Source: Thermoplasmata archaeon
GTDB lineage: Archaea; Thermoplasmatota; Thermoplasmata; Lutacidiplasmatales; UBA184
DNA: 64,000 nt
Direction: 5' to 3'
Assembly: GCA_049675585.1 (NCBI GenBank)
Contig: JBAUAJ010000168.1
Span: forward strand, 12,388 to 76,387
The notes under the pieces are model-generated. The model had not been told where the DNA came from. It did no database searches and saw nothing but the letters and a program-made list of their open reading frames with translations. Made by a program: the position numbers and the translations under genes. This document shows, piece by piece, positions 43,696 through 53,264 of the stretch (positions are counted from its first letter, which is position 1; every line of letters starts with the position of its first letter).

Positions 43696-46600
43696 ATGTA
43701 CCTGAAGCGTCTGAAGCTCCGCAATTTCAAGTCGTTCTCGGGGGCGACCGAGATCCCGTTCCAGCCCGGATTCACGGGCGTCGCAGGTCCGAACGGGATG
43801 GGGAAGTCGAACATCTCCGATGCGATCCTGTTCGTCCTCGGGCCCACGAGTTCGAAGGCCCTGCGGGCTGAACGCCTGACCCACTTGTTCTTCAATGGCG
43901 GTTCCTCCAAGAAGGCGGCCACGGAGTGCGAAGTCTCGCTGGTCTTCGACAACTCCGATCACCTGCTCCCCGTGGAGTCCGCCGAGGTCGAGGTCACGCG
44001 CTACGTGAAGCTCGCCCCGGGGAACGCCGACGGCTACTACTCCTACTTCTACGTGAATGGAAAGCGATCGACCCAGACCGAGATCGACACCCTCCTCTCC
44101 CATGCCCGGCTCTCGGGGGACGGATACAATCTCGTCCAGCAGGGGGACGTGAACAAGGTCGTCACGATGGGCCCGATCCCCCGTCGGGGTCTGCTCGAGC
44201 GGCTCGCCGGTATCAGCCAGTATGACGAGGAACTCGAGCGGGCGGGGGCGAAGCGGACCGACCTCGATCAGAATCTCGACCGCATCCAGACGCTCCTCTC
44301 CGAGATCAAAGGTCGGCTCTCGTCGCTCGAAGGACAGCGTCTGCAGGCGATCCAGTACAAGCAGCTCCTCGATGACAAGCGCCGGTCGGAAGCCCGCCTC
44401 GCGCGGGCCGGCCACCGGCTGGCCGAGCAGGAGGTAGAGTCCTGCCGCAAGCAGGTCTCCGCCGTTCAATCGGAACTGGAACGGCTCGAAGCCGAACGGA
44501 CGACCCTCGCGGGCCGGCGGGACGAACTGAAGGCGTCGATCGACCGCCTCGAGCAGGAGATCGCACAGGCCGGCGGCGCGGCCGCCGTGAAATTCAAGAC
44601 GGAGCTCGACGAGAAGAAGCTCGCCCACGCGCGCGCCGAGGCGAACCTTTCCAATTTCCAGGAGGCGCTCGACGCGCTCACCGGGCAGGTCGCCGAGCTC
44701 GCGAAAGCGCTCGCGTCCGACGAGAAGCAGCGCGGTCAGTTCGACCAGAAGGAGTCCTCTCTCGCGAAGGAGCTGAAGGCGCTCGACCAGCGGGCTGCCG
44801 ACGACAGCCGCGAGATGGACTCGGCGACCTCGGCCCCCGGGAAGCCTCAGGAAAAGCTCTCGGCGGCGCGGAAGCAACAGCTCGAGCTCGGCCGAAAGCA
44901 GGAGGCTCGCCAGAAGGAATGGGAGGCGGCGGTCCGCGCCCGCGAGGTCGCCTCGGCGACGATGCAGGCGGTGGAGCGGTCGAAAGCCCAGGCCGAGGAG
45001 GACCTGCGCGAACGCGAGGTCGAGGTCAAGGATCTCGAGCTTCGGGGCAAGGGCAGCTCGTCGGGAAAGGGCGGCGGCGCAACGACCGGGGAGTTGCAGA
45101 AGGAACTGTTCACGCTCAAAACTCGGGAGAAAGGGCTCTCCACCGAGACGGAGCGGATCGGCCAGGAGGTCGTGGAGCTCAACCGCCGCTACCTGACCCT
45201 GGACGCACGGCTGAAAGCCCGGACGGAGTCGGGGGCTCGACCGAACGCGCTCGCGGCGGTCGATTTCGTACTTTCCCAGCGTAATCTCGGCAAGCTTTCC
45301 GGAATCCGCGGCACGGTCGAGGAGCTCGCGGAGATCGACCCCAAGGTGCGCACCGCCCTGCAGATCGCCGGAGGCGGTCGGCTGCAGGCCGTGGTGGTCG
45401 ACTCCGACCAGGTCGCCGAAGCGTGTGTCCGTCTCCTCCGGGACGAGAAGCGTGGCCGGGCGACGTTCCTCCCGCTCAACAAGATGCTTCCGGGCCGGCC
45501 CCACGGCAAGTCGATGGTGGTGGCGAAAACGGAAGGCGCCGTCGGCTTCGCGATCGACCTCGTGCACTTCGACGAGTCGCTGCGTCCGGCGTTCTGGTAT
45601 GTTTTCGGCGAGACGATCGTCATGGACGACCTGGGTCACGCTCGAGCCCAGATGGGGGGCGTGCGCCTCGTGACGATGTCGGGCGACCTCATCGAGGCGA
45701 CCGGAGCGATCTCGGGCGGGTACCTCGATCCGACCAGCCAGGGACGCGGCGCCGACAGCGCCGTCGAGCTCAAGCGGCTGGCGGACGAGCTTCGCGACAA
45801 GAGCGCGGCGGAAACGGCGGGGCGTCAGGAGCTCTCGAAGCTGGCCGATCGCATCCGAACGCTCGCCGAAGAACTGGCTGGCCGCTCGATCAAGGATCAG
45901 GCCCAGCAGTCCACGCTCGAGCTGCTCGAGAAGGATCTCAAGGCGGCGCGCGAGCGGCTGGCGGGAGCGCGGGAGCGGATCGCTCGGTCCGAGAAGGACC
46001 GGAGCCGGGCCGAAGCGCAGTTGACGGACGCCGAAGCGGGCGTCGAGCGGCTCGGCAAGGAGCTCGCGGAGCTCAAGTCGTCGATCCAGCAAGCGCAGGA
46101 CCAGTACCTCTCTCAACTCCCGAACGCGATCTCCGGTCGGCTCAAGATCCTCCAAGAACAGGTCGCGAAGACACAGGAGGAGCGTCTGCGCGCGAACGGC
46201 GAGCTCGAGTCGGTCCGGGCCTCGGTCGCGGCGCTCGCGGCCCAGATCGACGGGAAGCGCCTAGAGATCGAGAAGGCGCGAACCGACCTCGCCGCCAAGA
46301 AGAAGGAGGTCGCCCAGACCGAGAAGCTCGTGCGGGAGACCGCCGAGGCGCTCGCCACCCTGAAGTCGGTCGAGGCCCGCCAGGACGAGGCGGTCCGGGC
46401 GCAGGCCGACCAGAAGCGCACGCTCGATCAGCAATTCCTCACCGTCGCGGGACAGCTGGCCAAGGCGCAGGGGAGCCTCGAGACCCGCCACGGGATGCTT
46501 ACGCAGGAGGAGACCCGACTCGCGCAGGCCGAGGCGCGACTGAAGGAGTTCGACCTCGCCCTGGCCCAGTTCCCCGAGCCGGAGGCCGACGAAAAGCCGA

Positions 46601-47319
46601 TGTCGGTCGAGGAGCTGAAGCGCCGGATCGGGACGATCGAGGGCCAGCTCGCTGCGCTGGGCGATGTGAACCAGCGGGCGGTCGAGGAGTACGACGCCGA
46701 GAAGGGCCGCCTCGACGAATTCTCGAACGAGGTCCAGCGCCTGACGAACGAGAAGGGGGAGCTCGTCACCCTCGTCTCCGAGATCGAGAAGAAGAAGCGC
46801 GAGAAGGTCGGCGAGGTCGTCACCCAGGTCAACACGCACTTCAAGGAGATCTACGGAGAGCTCTCGGCCGGAGGGGAAGGGGAGATCACGCTCGAGAACC
46901 CCGACGACCCGCTCGCGGGCGGTCTGCTGATCAAGGCGCGGCCGGTCGGCAAGACGGTCGCCCGCCTCGAACAACTATCGGGCGGCGAGAAGTCGCTCGC
47001 CAGTCTCGCGTTCATCTTCTCGCTCCAGCGCTACGACCCGAGTCCGCTCTACGTCTTTGACGAGGTCGACATGTCGCTCGACGGGCTGAACGCCGAGTAC
47101 GTCGGCCGCCTGCTCCGGCGCAACGCCGAGCGCGCCCAGTTCGTCGTGATCTCGCTGCGCAAAGTCACGCTCAAGTTCGCCCACCACCTGTACGGCGTGA
47201 CGATGCGCGGGGACGGCTGCTCGCGCGTCGTCGGCATCCAGCTCGACGACATCCAGGACGTGGAAAGCCGCGAGAATGCGCAGGCCCCCGAAGCGCCCGC
47301 GCCGGTGGCGGCCCGATGA
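43696..47319 (+). CDS. smc: chromosome segregation protein SMC
   Basis: The N-terminus is MYLKRLKLRNFKSF...GPNGMGKSN (Walker A). It has long coiled coils and a hinge. The C-terminus carries LSGGEKSLASLAFIFSLQ and the Walker B VFDEVD. GGGAGGG lies 10 nt upstream of the ATG. Confidence 0.95.
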   Translation: MYLKRLKLRNFKSFSGATEIPFQPGFTGVAGPNGMGKSNISDAILFVLGPTSSKALRAERLTHLFFNGGSSKKAATECEVSLVFDNSDHLLPVESAEVEVTRYVKLAPGNADGYYSYFYVNGKRSTQTEIDTLLSHARLSGDGYNLVQQGDVNKVVTMGPIPRRGLLERLAGISQYDEELERAGAKRTDLDQNLDRIQTLLSEIKGRLSSLEGQRLQAIQYKQLLDDKRRSEARLARAGHRLAEQEVESCRKQVSAVQSELERLEAERTTLAGRRDELKASIDRLEQEIAQAGGAAAVKFKTELDEKKLAHARAEANLSNFQEALDALTGQVAELAKALASDEKQRGQFDQKESSLAKELKALDQRAADDSREMDSATSAPGKPQEKLSAARKQQLELGRKQEARQKEWEAAVRAREVASATMQAVERSKAQAEEDLREREVEVKDLELRGKGSSSGKGGGATTGELQKELFTLKTREKGLSTETERIGQEVVELNRRYLTLDARLKARTESGARPNALAAVDFVLSQRNLGKLSGIRGTVEELAEIDPKVRTALQIAGGGRLQAVVVDSDQVAEACVRLLRDEKRGRATFLPLNKMLPGRPHGKSMVVAKTEGAVGFAIDLVHFDESLRPAFWYVFGETIVMDDLGHARAQMGGVRLVTMSGDLIEATGAISGGYLDPTSQGRGADSAVELKRLADELRDKSAAETAGRQELSKLADRIRTLAEELAGRSIKDQAQQSTLELLEKDLKAARERLAGARERIARSEKDRSRAEAQLTDAEAGVERLGKELAELKSSIQQAQDQYLSQLPNAISGRLKILQEQVAKTQEERLRANGELESVRASVAALAAQIDGKRLEIEKARTDLAAKKKEVAQTEKLVRETAEALATLKSVEARQDEAVRAQADQKRTLDQQFLTVAGQLAKAQGSLETRHGMLTQEETRLAQAEARLKEFDLALAQFPEPEADEKPMSVEELKRRIGTIEGQLAALGDVNQRAVEEYDAEKGRLDEFSNEVQRLTNEKGELVTLVSEIEKKKREKVGEVVTQVNTHFKEIYGELSAGGEGEITLENPDDPLAGGLLIKARPVGKTVARLEQLSGGEKSLASLAFIFSLQRYDPSPLYVFDEVDMSLDGLNAEYVGRLLRRNAERAQFVVISLRKVTLKFAHHLYGVTMRGDGCSRVVGIQLDDIQDVESRENAQAPEAPAPVAAR

Positions 47320-48275
47320 CGATCAGCGGGACCGAGGCCGCCGAGCTGGCGACCGTCCCGACCGTCTCGCGCGACGCCGCCGAGAAGGTCGTCCGCTACT
47401 TGGTCTTCCACCGATCCCTGCTCGGAGAGGGGACCGACACGTCGGCGATCCTCGAGCGGTATCTCACGTTGGTCGAGAGCCTGAAGGACGGGGTCCATCT
47501 CGTCATCTCGGACCCGTTCCAGAAGGCGACCGCGCTCCTGTTCGAGCTCGTGATGGACGAGGAGTTCGACCCGTGGGAGATCGACCTCGTGAAGTTCACC
47601 CAATCGTACCTCGACCGGGTCCGCGAGGACGGCGCGGTCAATTTCGCGATCGCCGGCCGGCTCGTCTACATGGCCTGGAGCATCCTGTACCTCCAGTCCG
47701 TCCAGGTGCTGAAGAACCGGGAGTCCCCGGAGCCGGCCCCAGGAGCGGCGGACAACCCCGGCCTCTCGCCCACCGACGATGGGTATCTTCCGATGCTCGA
47801 GACCCCGGAGGCGGTCGACGTCACCTCCGCCGTGCTCGGGTCCGCCGATCCCCCGCCCCTCCTCGGGATGGTCCGCCACCCCGAGACCCGGCCGGTGTCG
47901 CTGCTCGAGCTCGTGCGCGCCTTCGGGGAGGCCGAGGTCGATGCGCGTCGGACGCTGCGCATCCAGGAGCTCCGGGAGCGGTTGCGCGAAGAGCAGCGGG
48001 CGCCGCCCGAGGTGCTGGTGCACGGAGACATCCCGGAACGGGATCTCGAGGACACCTGGGAGGCCGCTCTTCGGCACCCGATCGGCGAGGCGTTCTCCCT
48101 GCTCGACCTATGGAATCCGCTGTCGGGACGCGACCGACTGGTCGCGATCTTCCTCGCCGCGCTCTTCCTTTCGCGAGAGAAGGCGGTGGAGCTCTCCCAG
48201 GAAAGCCTCGGCGTCTCACCGGTGCTCATTCGACGTACGGCCGAAGAGCGCCGCCCGATCGCACCGGAGGCCTGA
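47316..48275 (+). CDS. scpA: segregation and condensation protein A (kleisin)
   Basis: LFELVMDEEFDPWEIDLVKFT matches the ScpA pattern. Its ATG overlaps the smc TGA. Confidence 0.85.
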   Translation: MTISGTEAAELATVPTVSRDAAEKVVRYLVFHRSLLGEGTDTSAILERYLTLVESLKDGVHLVISDPFQKATALLFELVMDEEFDPWEIDLVKFTQSYLDRVREDGAVNFAIAGRLVYMAWSILYLQSVQVLKNRESPEPAPGAADNPGLSPTDDGYLPMLETPEAVDVTSAVLGSADPPPLLGMVRHPETRPVSLLELVRAFGEAEVDARRTLRIQELRERLREEQRAPPEVLVHGDIPERDLEDTWEAALRHPIGEAFSLLDLWNPLSGRDRLVAIFLAALFLSREKAVELSQESLGVSPVLIRRTAEERRPIAPEA

Positions 48276-48276
48276 G

Positions 48277-48924
48277 ATGCCGTCGAAGCTCGACGAGCTC
48301 GTCCTCCGCGTCGAGGCGATCCTGTTCGCCTCCGGCAAACCGCTCTCGGTCAAAGAGATCGGGGCCGCGCTCGGCATCTCGGACTTCCGGCCCGTCCAAC
48401 AGGCCGTGCATACCCTCGAACGGACGTACGCGAACCGTCAGTCGGCGCTCGAGGTCCGCCGGGTCGGCGATCGCTACGCTCTGCAGCTCCAGGATACGTT
48501 CGTCCCCGCGGTCCACTCAGTGACCCCGGTCGAGATGGCCCCACGGACTGTCAAGGCGCTCACGCTCATCGCCTACCATCAGCCGCTTCTGCAGAGCGTC
48601 CTCGTCCGGATGATCGGGGACGTCGCCTACGAGGAGGTGCAGCACCTGCGCGGGATCGGGCTGGTGCGGACCGAGGCGAAAGGCTCCACCCTCGAGCTCA
48701 CCACCACGCGTCGGTTCGCCGAGTACTTCGGCATTGCTTCGACCCGCCCCGAGGAGATCAAGCGATTCCTCGAACAGAAGCTCGGGGTCCCGCCGCCGAC
48801 CCCGGCGGCGCTCCCTGACGAAGCGGTCGCCCCCGTTCCTCCCGCCGACGCGGAGTCGCCTCCGGACGGGGCCGAGTCGGACGGCGTCGCTCCCACCCCC
48901 GCCGTGCCCCCGGCCGCCTCGTAG
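48277..48924 (+). CDS. scpB: segregation and condensation protein B
   Basis: LVLRVEAILFASGKPLSVKEIGAALG matches the ScpB wHTH pattern. It starts 1 nt after the scpA stop and has a Pro/Ala-rich tail. Confidence 0.85.
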   Translation: MPSKLDELVLRVEAILFASGKPLSVKEIGAALGISDFRPVQQAVHTLERTYANRQSALEVRRVGDRYALQLQDTFVPAVHSVTPVEMAPRTVKALTLIAYHQPLLQSVLVRMIGDVAYEEVQHLRGIGLVRTEAKGSTLELTTTRRFAEYFGIASTRPEEIKRFLEQKLGVPPPTPAALPDEAVAPVPPADAESPPDGAESDGVAPTPAVPPAAS

Positions 48925-48931
48925 TCCGGGT

Positions 48932-51244
48932 CTACAGCATCCCGCAGTGCGGGCAGCGCACCGGTTCGGACGGACGCTCTCCGCCGCAGTACGGGCAACT
49001 GAACATCGCCCCGGAGGCCGTTCCCGGTGCGGCGGCGGTCGCGAACGGGTCTTCGGACGCCCGCGCCATCGGCGGGGGCCGCTGCATCGGGGCTCCGCGC
49101 GGCGGTCGGGCGGCGAGGATCACGAGCGCGATGGCGACCAGCGCGGCGATCCCGATCAAAAGATACTCCGTCGACGGGGTGAGGAACGGTGCCGGAGCCC
49201 GGGGCGGAAGGGTCGGCGTCGGACCCGTGTAGACATAGCGACTGATGGTCGAGTTTTCGTACGCGGTGAGGAACGGGATCGCGGTGAACCCGCCCCATCC
49301 CGTAACGGCGTCCCATCCGGGCGCCGCCGAGAACAGGAAGTTCGAACCGTGGACGATATCCTCGAACGGGTCGGTCGCCTCCTCGCTCGAATTGCGCACG
49401 GCGGCCGACGCATAGAAGCTCGCGATCTGGTAGAGCGCGGGGTCGAGGTACCCGAGCGGAGAGAAGCTGCCCGACGCCGCGCTGCGGACCGCGACGAGGT
49501 CGCCGAGGAGGCCCGCGAGCACCGGGGCCGCCACGCTCGTTCCGCCGAGGACATCGAGGTAGACCGTCCCGGTCGAATTCGCGAAGACGAAGGCGATCGT
49601 GTTGTTGCCGGGGAAGGCGACGTCGGGCCCGGCACGGCCGAGCGACGACGCTCCCTGGTGCTCGGTGGCGTTCAGAATCGGGTACTGGGCCGCGGAGTGG
49701 AACTGCCAGGCGGGTTCGGGAAACACCGGGCTCACCCCGCCCTCGCTGCCGGCGTACTCGCCGGGGGTAGAGTGTTCGTACCACGCCACGGCGCTCGAGA
49801 TGCCGGTCACGTGCGGGTCGAACGCCGGGAGGATGTACCGGCTCGAGCCGTTGCTTGACGGACTCCCCGTCATCGTGAGCGTCACGCCCCCGACCGAGAC
49901 CGACCCCGAGTCCGTGAACGCCGCCGTCGCCGGCCACTCGGGAAGGGCCGAGCCTCGGCCGGTCAGGCTCCCGGGCGCGTTCCCCTGGTCGCCGCTGGCG
50001 CAGACGATCGTCACGCCGAGCGCCGCCGCCTCCTCGAGCTCGGAGTCCCAGAGCGAGTCGTTCTGATCCGGGAGACCGAACGAGCCGGAGACGACCGCGA
50101 GCCGCTGCGGCGCGTAGTTGTAATCCAGCGCAGCGCCCAGGTCGAGCGCAAAATCGTCCGCGAGCGCGCCCACCGTCTCGGCCGGGTTGACCATCAAGCT
50201 CCCGTTAAAGTAGAAGTTGTACAGCGCCGCGCCCGGCGCCATGCTGCCGGCCATCTCCAGATCGAGCGAGTTCTCGTACTCGTCCTGCGTGGTGTCGTTG
50301 AGCGCTCCCAGCGACATGGGCAACGGGGGAAGGCTCGCGTCGGGCACCGCCACGGGAACGCCGGTGATGTGCGGATGAGGCCAGCTCGGCCCGAGTGTGT
50401 AGTTGAAGTAGTCGTTCAGGACCTTCGGGTCGTACGGCGGCAGCGTGACCTGGCGTATCGAGTTGTAGGAGCTCGCGAGCAGCGTCGCGATGGCGGTCTG
50501 GGACGGGTAGGTCGCCCCCGAAACGTTCGCCCCGGTCCAGAGCGCAGAGGCGCCGTAGGCGCGAGCGTAGTCGGACCCGACGGCCCACTGGACGCCGGTA
50601 CCGTTCTCGTCCACGAACTGGTCGACCGGGGCGGGACGGATCTCGGTCGCCGCCAGACGGAGGACCGCGTTGCCCGCGTTCGAGAGACCGCCCACGCCCG
50701 CCACGAGATCCCCGAACCCCGCGGGAAGGTGCGGAGTGCCGACCGCCGTGTACGCCCGCCGGTCGTCCGCGGCGAGGTAGGAAACGATCTTCACGCCGAG
50801 GAGGGCGTCCAGCGAGCGTACCGAGATCATCGTCTCGATCCCGAGCCGGCCGGGGGTCGAGCCGACCGAGCGGCCGCCGGCGGCGCGGACCGCCCACTCC
50901 AGCGACTGGATCTCCCGGGGGGACGGGGCAAACTCCGATCGGAACTCGGCGGTGGAGATGAACGCTCGATACTGACTCGACCGGGGATTCTCGAGGTCCG
51001 CGAGGAGGAGCGAAAGCCGGCTCTGATTCGACAGTCGGAGGGTGAGGGTGATCGGTAGGAGGGCCGCTCCCGGGAGTGGGGAGGTCGCCCCGCCGGCGGG
51101 GACCGGGGCTTGGTCGGTGAGGAGCGGCGCGGGATCCGCAGGCCTCGGCGCGGTCCCCACCGGGGCGGAGTGCGCCAGACTGGGGATCGCCGCCGTCATC
51201 GCGAGGACGGCCAACGCTATCGAGAACGCCGCACGGAGTCCCAT
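48932..51244 (-). CDS. S53 (sedolisin/kumamolisin-like) serine peptidase with C-terminal TM helix and zinc ribbon
   Basis: It has a signal peptide and a pro-kumamolisin-like activation region (ENPRSSQYRAFISTAEFRSEFAPS). GGTSVAAPVLAGL is the catalytic Ser motif. The TM helix is YLLIGIAALVAIALVILAA, and the C-terminus is CPYCG-x9-CPHCG. Confidence 0.8.
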   Translation of the reverse strand: MGLRAAFSIALAVLAMTAAIPSLAHSAPVGTAPRPADPAPLLTDQAPVPAGGATSPLPGAALLPITLTLRLSNQSRLSLLLADLENPRSSQYRAFISTAEFRSEFAPSPREIQSLEWAVRAAGGRSVGSTPGRLGIETMISVRSLDALLGVKIVSYLAADDRRAYTAVGTPHLPAGFGDLVAGVGGLSNAGNAVLRLAATEIRPAPVDQFVDENGTGVQWAVGSDYARAYGASALWTGANVSGATYPSQTAIATLLASSYNSIRQVTLPPYDPKVLNDYFNYTLGPSWPHPHITGVPVAVPDASLPPLPMSLGALNDTTQDEYENSLDLEMAGSMAPGAALYNFYFNGSLMVNPAETVGALADDFALDLGAALDYNYAPQRLAVVSGSFGLPDQNDSLWDSELEEAAALGVTIVCASGDQGNAPGSLTGRGSALPEWPATAAFTDSGSVSVGGVTLTMTGSPSSNGSSRYILPAFDPHVTGISSAVAWYEHSTPGEYAGSEGGVSPVFPEPAWQFHSAAQYPILNATEHQGASSLGRAGPDVAFPGNNTIAFVFANSTGTVYLDVLGGTSVAAPVLAGLLGDLVAVRSAASGSFSPLGYLDPALYQIASFYASAAVRNSSEEATDPFEDIVHGSNFLFSAAPGWDAVTGWGGFTAIPFLTAYENSTISRYVYTGPTPTLPPRAPAPFLTPSTEYLLIGIAALVAIALVILAARPPRGAPMQRPPPMARASEDPFATAAAPGTASGAMFSCPYCGGERPSEPVRCPHCGML

Positions 51245-51336
51245 TCGACCCGGAGAGGCACCGTGGGTCTAATGAGGTCCACTGTGGCAGGTCGTCCGGG
51301 GCAAGAGTTTATCCTGCCGCATCCTCGCGGGACCCG

Positions 51337-51756
51337 ATGGGAGAGTCCCCGGCGGCCGCTCCCTGCATCTTCTGCGACATCGTCGGCCGGAGGGCCCCCG
51401 CGTACCTCGTCTACGAGGACGCGACGACCGTCGCCTTCCTCGACCTGTTTCCGTTCACGCGGGGCCATCTCCTGGTGATCCCGAAACGCCACGGGGCCCG
51501 TCTCACCGACCTGCCGTTCGAGGATCAGACGGCGCTGATCCGAACGCTGGACGAGATGTGCCGTCGGGCCGAACGCCTCACCGCCGACTACAACGTCGCG
51601 CTCAACGCCGGCGCGGCGGCCGGGCAGGTCGTCTTCCACGCGCATTTCCACGTCATCCCCCGGTACGGCGAACCGAATCCGTTCCATCCCCGGGCCCGAA
51701 CCCGCATCGAGGAGGCGGAGGCCAAGGCGCTCGTGGGGGAGCTCTCGGCCCCCTGA
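51337..51756 (+). CDS. HIT-family (histidine triad) nucleotide hydrolase/transferase
   Basis: It has HAHFHVIPR (HxHxHxx) and an N-terminal CIFCD. GTTTATC lies 27 nt upstream of the ATG. Confidence 0.9.
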   Translation: MGESPAAAPCIFCDIVGRRAPAYLVYEDATTVAFLDLFPFTRGHLLVIPKRHGARLTDLPFEDQTALIRTLDEMCRRAERLTADYNVALNAGAAAGQVVFHAHFHVIPRYGEPNPFHPRARTRIEEAEAKALVGELSAP

Positions 51757-51761
51757 ACCGA

Positions 51762-52655
51762 ATGCCGGCCTCCGCACGACGCCCCGACTTTGCCGGAAAG
51801 TTCTACGCGGCGGACGGCGCCGCGCTCGCCCGGGAAGTGGAAGGCTGCTTCACGGACCCTCGGGGCCCCGGTCGCCTCCCTTCGCGCCAGCGGACGGCCG
51901 AGCGGACGATCGCGGCGGCGGTGGTTCCCCATGCGGCGCTCGCCTTCTCCGGCCCGATCGCGGCCCATGCCTACGCCCGGATCGCCGCCGAGCGTCCTCC
52001 GACGAGCGTCCTTGTGCTCGGAGTCGACCACAACGGACGAAGCCGTGGAGCCGCGCTCTCGGCGCGGCCTTGGGAGACGCCGTTCGGGCCGACGGCGATC
52101 GATCAAGACCTGCTCCGCGCGCTCGACGAGCCCCCGCTCAAGGTCGAGGAGGCCGCGCACGACCTCGAGCACTCGATCGAGATCCAGCTTCCGTTCCTCG
52201 AGTACGTTCTTCCGCGGCCCCGATTCGTTCCGCTCGAGGTCGGCTTCGCATCGTTCGACCGGCTCGCGCGCGTCGCGGAGGTCATCCGGAAGGCGATTGA
52301 CGGAAAGGACGTCCTTCTGATCGCCTCGACCGATTTCTCGCACTACGTTCCCTCCGCCACGGCCGAACGGCTCGACCGGCTCGCGATCGACGCGATCCTG
52401 GCGGGGGACGCGCGCCGGCTCTACGACACGGTCGTCGAGCACGAGATCTCGATGTGCGGGGTCGCCCCGACCACGGTGCTCCTGTGCGTGCTGGCCGGGC
52501 GGGCCCTCTCGGTCGAACTCCTCCGCTGGGGACACTCGGGGGAAGCGTCGCCGATGCGAGACGTCGTCGGCTACGCGTCCTTGCTGCTCTCGGGGAGGAC
52601 GGGGCGCGCCCGTCCGTTAAATAGCGCGGCTGGCTCGGCGCGCCCGTTCGAATGA
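51762..52655 (+). CDS. MEMO1-family protein (AmmeMemoRadiSam system protein B)
   Basis: RRPDFAGKFYAAD, VVPHAALAFSG, EHSIEIQLPFL and STDFSHY are present. The start was set to ATG 51762. Confidence 0.8.
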   Translation: MPASARRPDFAGKFYAADGAALAREVEGCFTDPRGPGRLPSRQRTAERTIAAAVVPHAALAFSGPIAAHAYARIAAERPPTSVLVLGVDHNGRSRGAALSARPWETPFGPTAIDQDLLRALDEPPLKVEEAAHDLEHSIEIQLPFLEYVLPRPRFVPLEVGFASFDRLARVAEVIRKAIDGKDVLLIASTDFSHYVPSATAERLDRLAIDAILAGDARRLYDTVVEHEISMCGVAPTTVLLCVLAGRALSVELLRWGHSGEASPMRDVVGYASLLLSGRTGRARPLNSAAGSARPFE

Positions 52656-53230
52656 TCCTCTCGGACGTGGCGATTCGACGGGCGCTGGAATCCAAGCGGA
52701 TCGTGATCCGACCGTTCCGCGCAGACTGCCTCGGAACGAACTCCTATGACGTGCATCTGGGCCCGTACCTCGCCGTCTACCGGACCGGGGCGCTGGACGC
52801 GAGAACGCCGAACCCCGTCCGGGAGTTCCGGATCCCCCCCGAGGGGTTCGTCCTCGTGCCGGGTCAACTGTACCTCGGGGTGACCGAGGAGTACACCGAG
52901 ACGCACGGGTACGTTCCGTTCCTCGAGGGAAAGTCGAGCGTCGGCCGGCTCGGGATCGACATTCACTCGACCGCGGGGAAAGGGGACGAAGGGTTCTGCA
53001 ACTACTGGACCCTCGAGATGAGCGTCAAGCTTCCCGTCCGGATCTACGCGGGCATGCCGGTGGGCCAGCTGATCTACTTCGAGGTCTCCGGGCCGATCCG
53101 GCGCAGCTACTCCGACAAGAAAACGGCGAAATATCGCGTGGTCAGCCGCCACCCCACCCCGTCCCGGATGTACATGAACTTCCGCGGCGCCGCGAAGCCC
53201 CGGCCCCGAAGCTCCTCCCGCTCCGGTTGA
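52652..53230 (+). CDS. dcd: dCTP deaminase
   Basis: MILSDVAIRRALESKRIVIRPF..., the GKSSVGRLGI region and other family features are present. Its ATG overlaps the upstream TGA. Confidence 0.9.
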   Translation: MILSDVAIRRALESKRIVIRPFRADCLGTNSYDVHLGPYLAVYRTGALDARTPNPVREFRIPPEGFVLVPGQLYLGVTEEYTETHGYVPFLEGKSSVGRLGIDIHSTAGKGDEGFCNYWTLEMSVKLPVRIYAGMPVGQLIYFEVSGPIRRSYSDKKTAKYRVVSRHPTPSRMYMNFRGAAKPRPRSSSRSG

Positions 53231-53264
53231 GCTCCTCGTCCGGGCGGACGGACGCATCCGGCCG

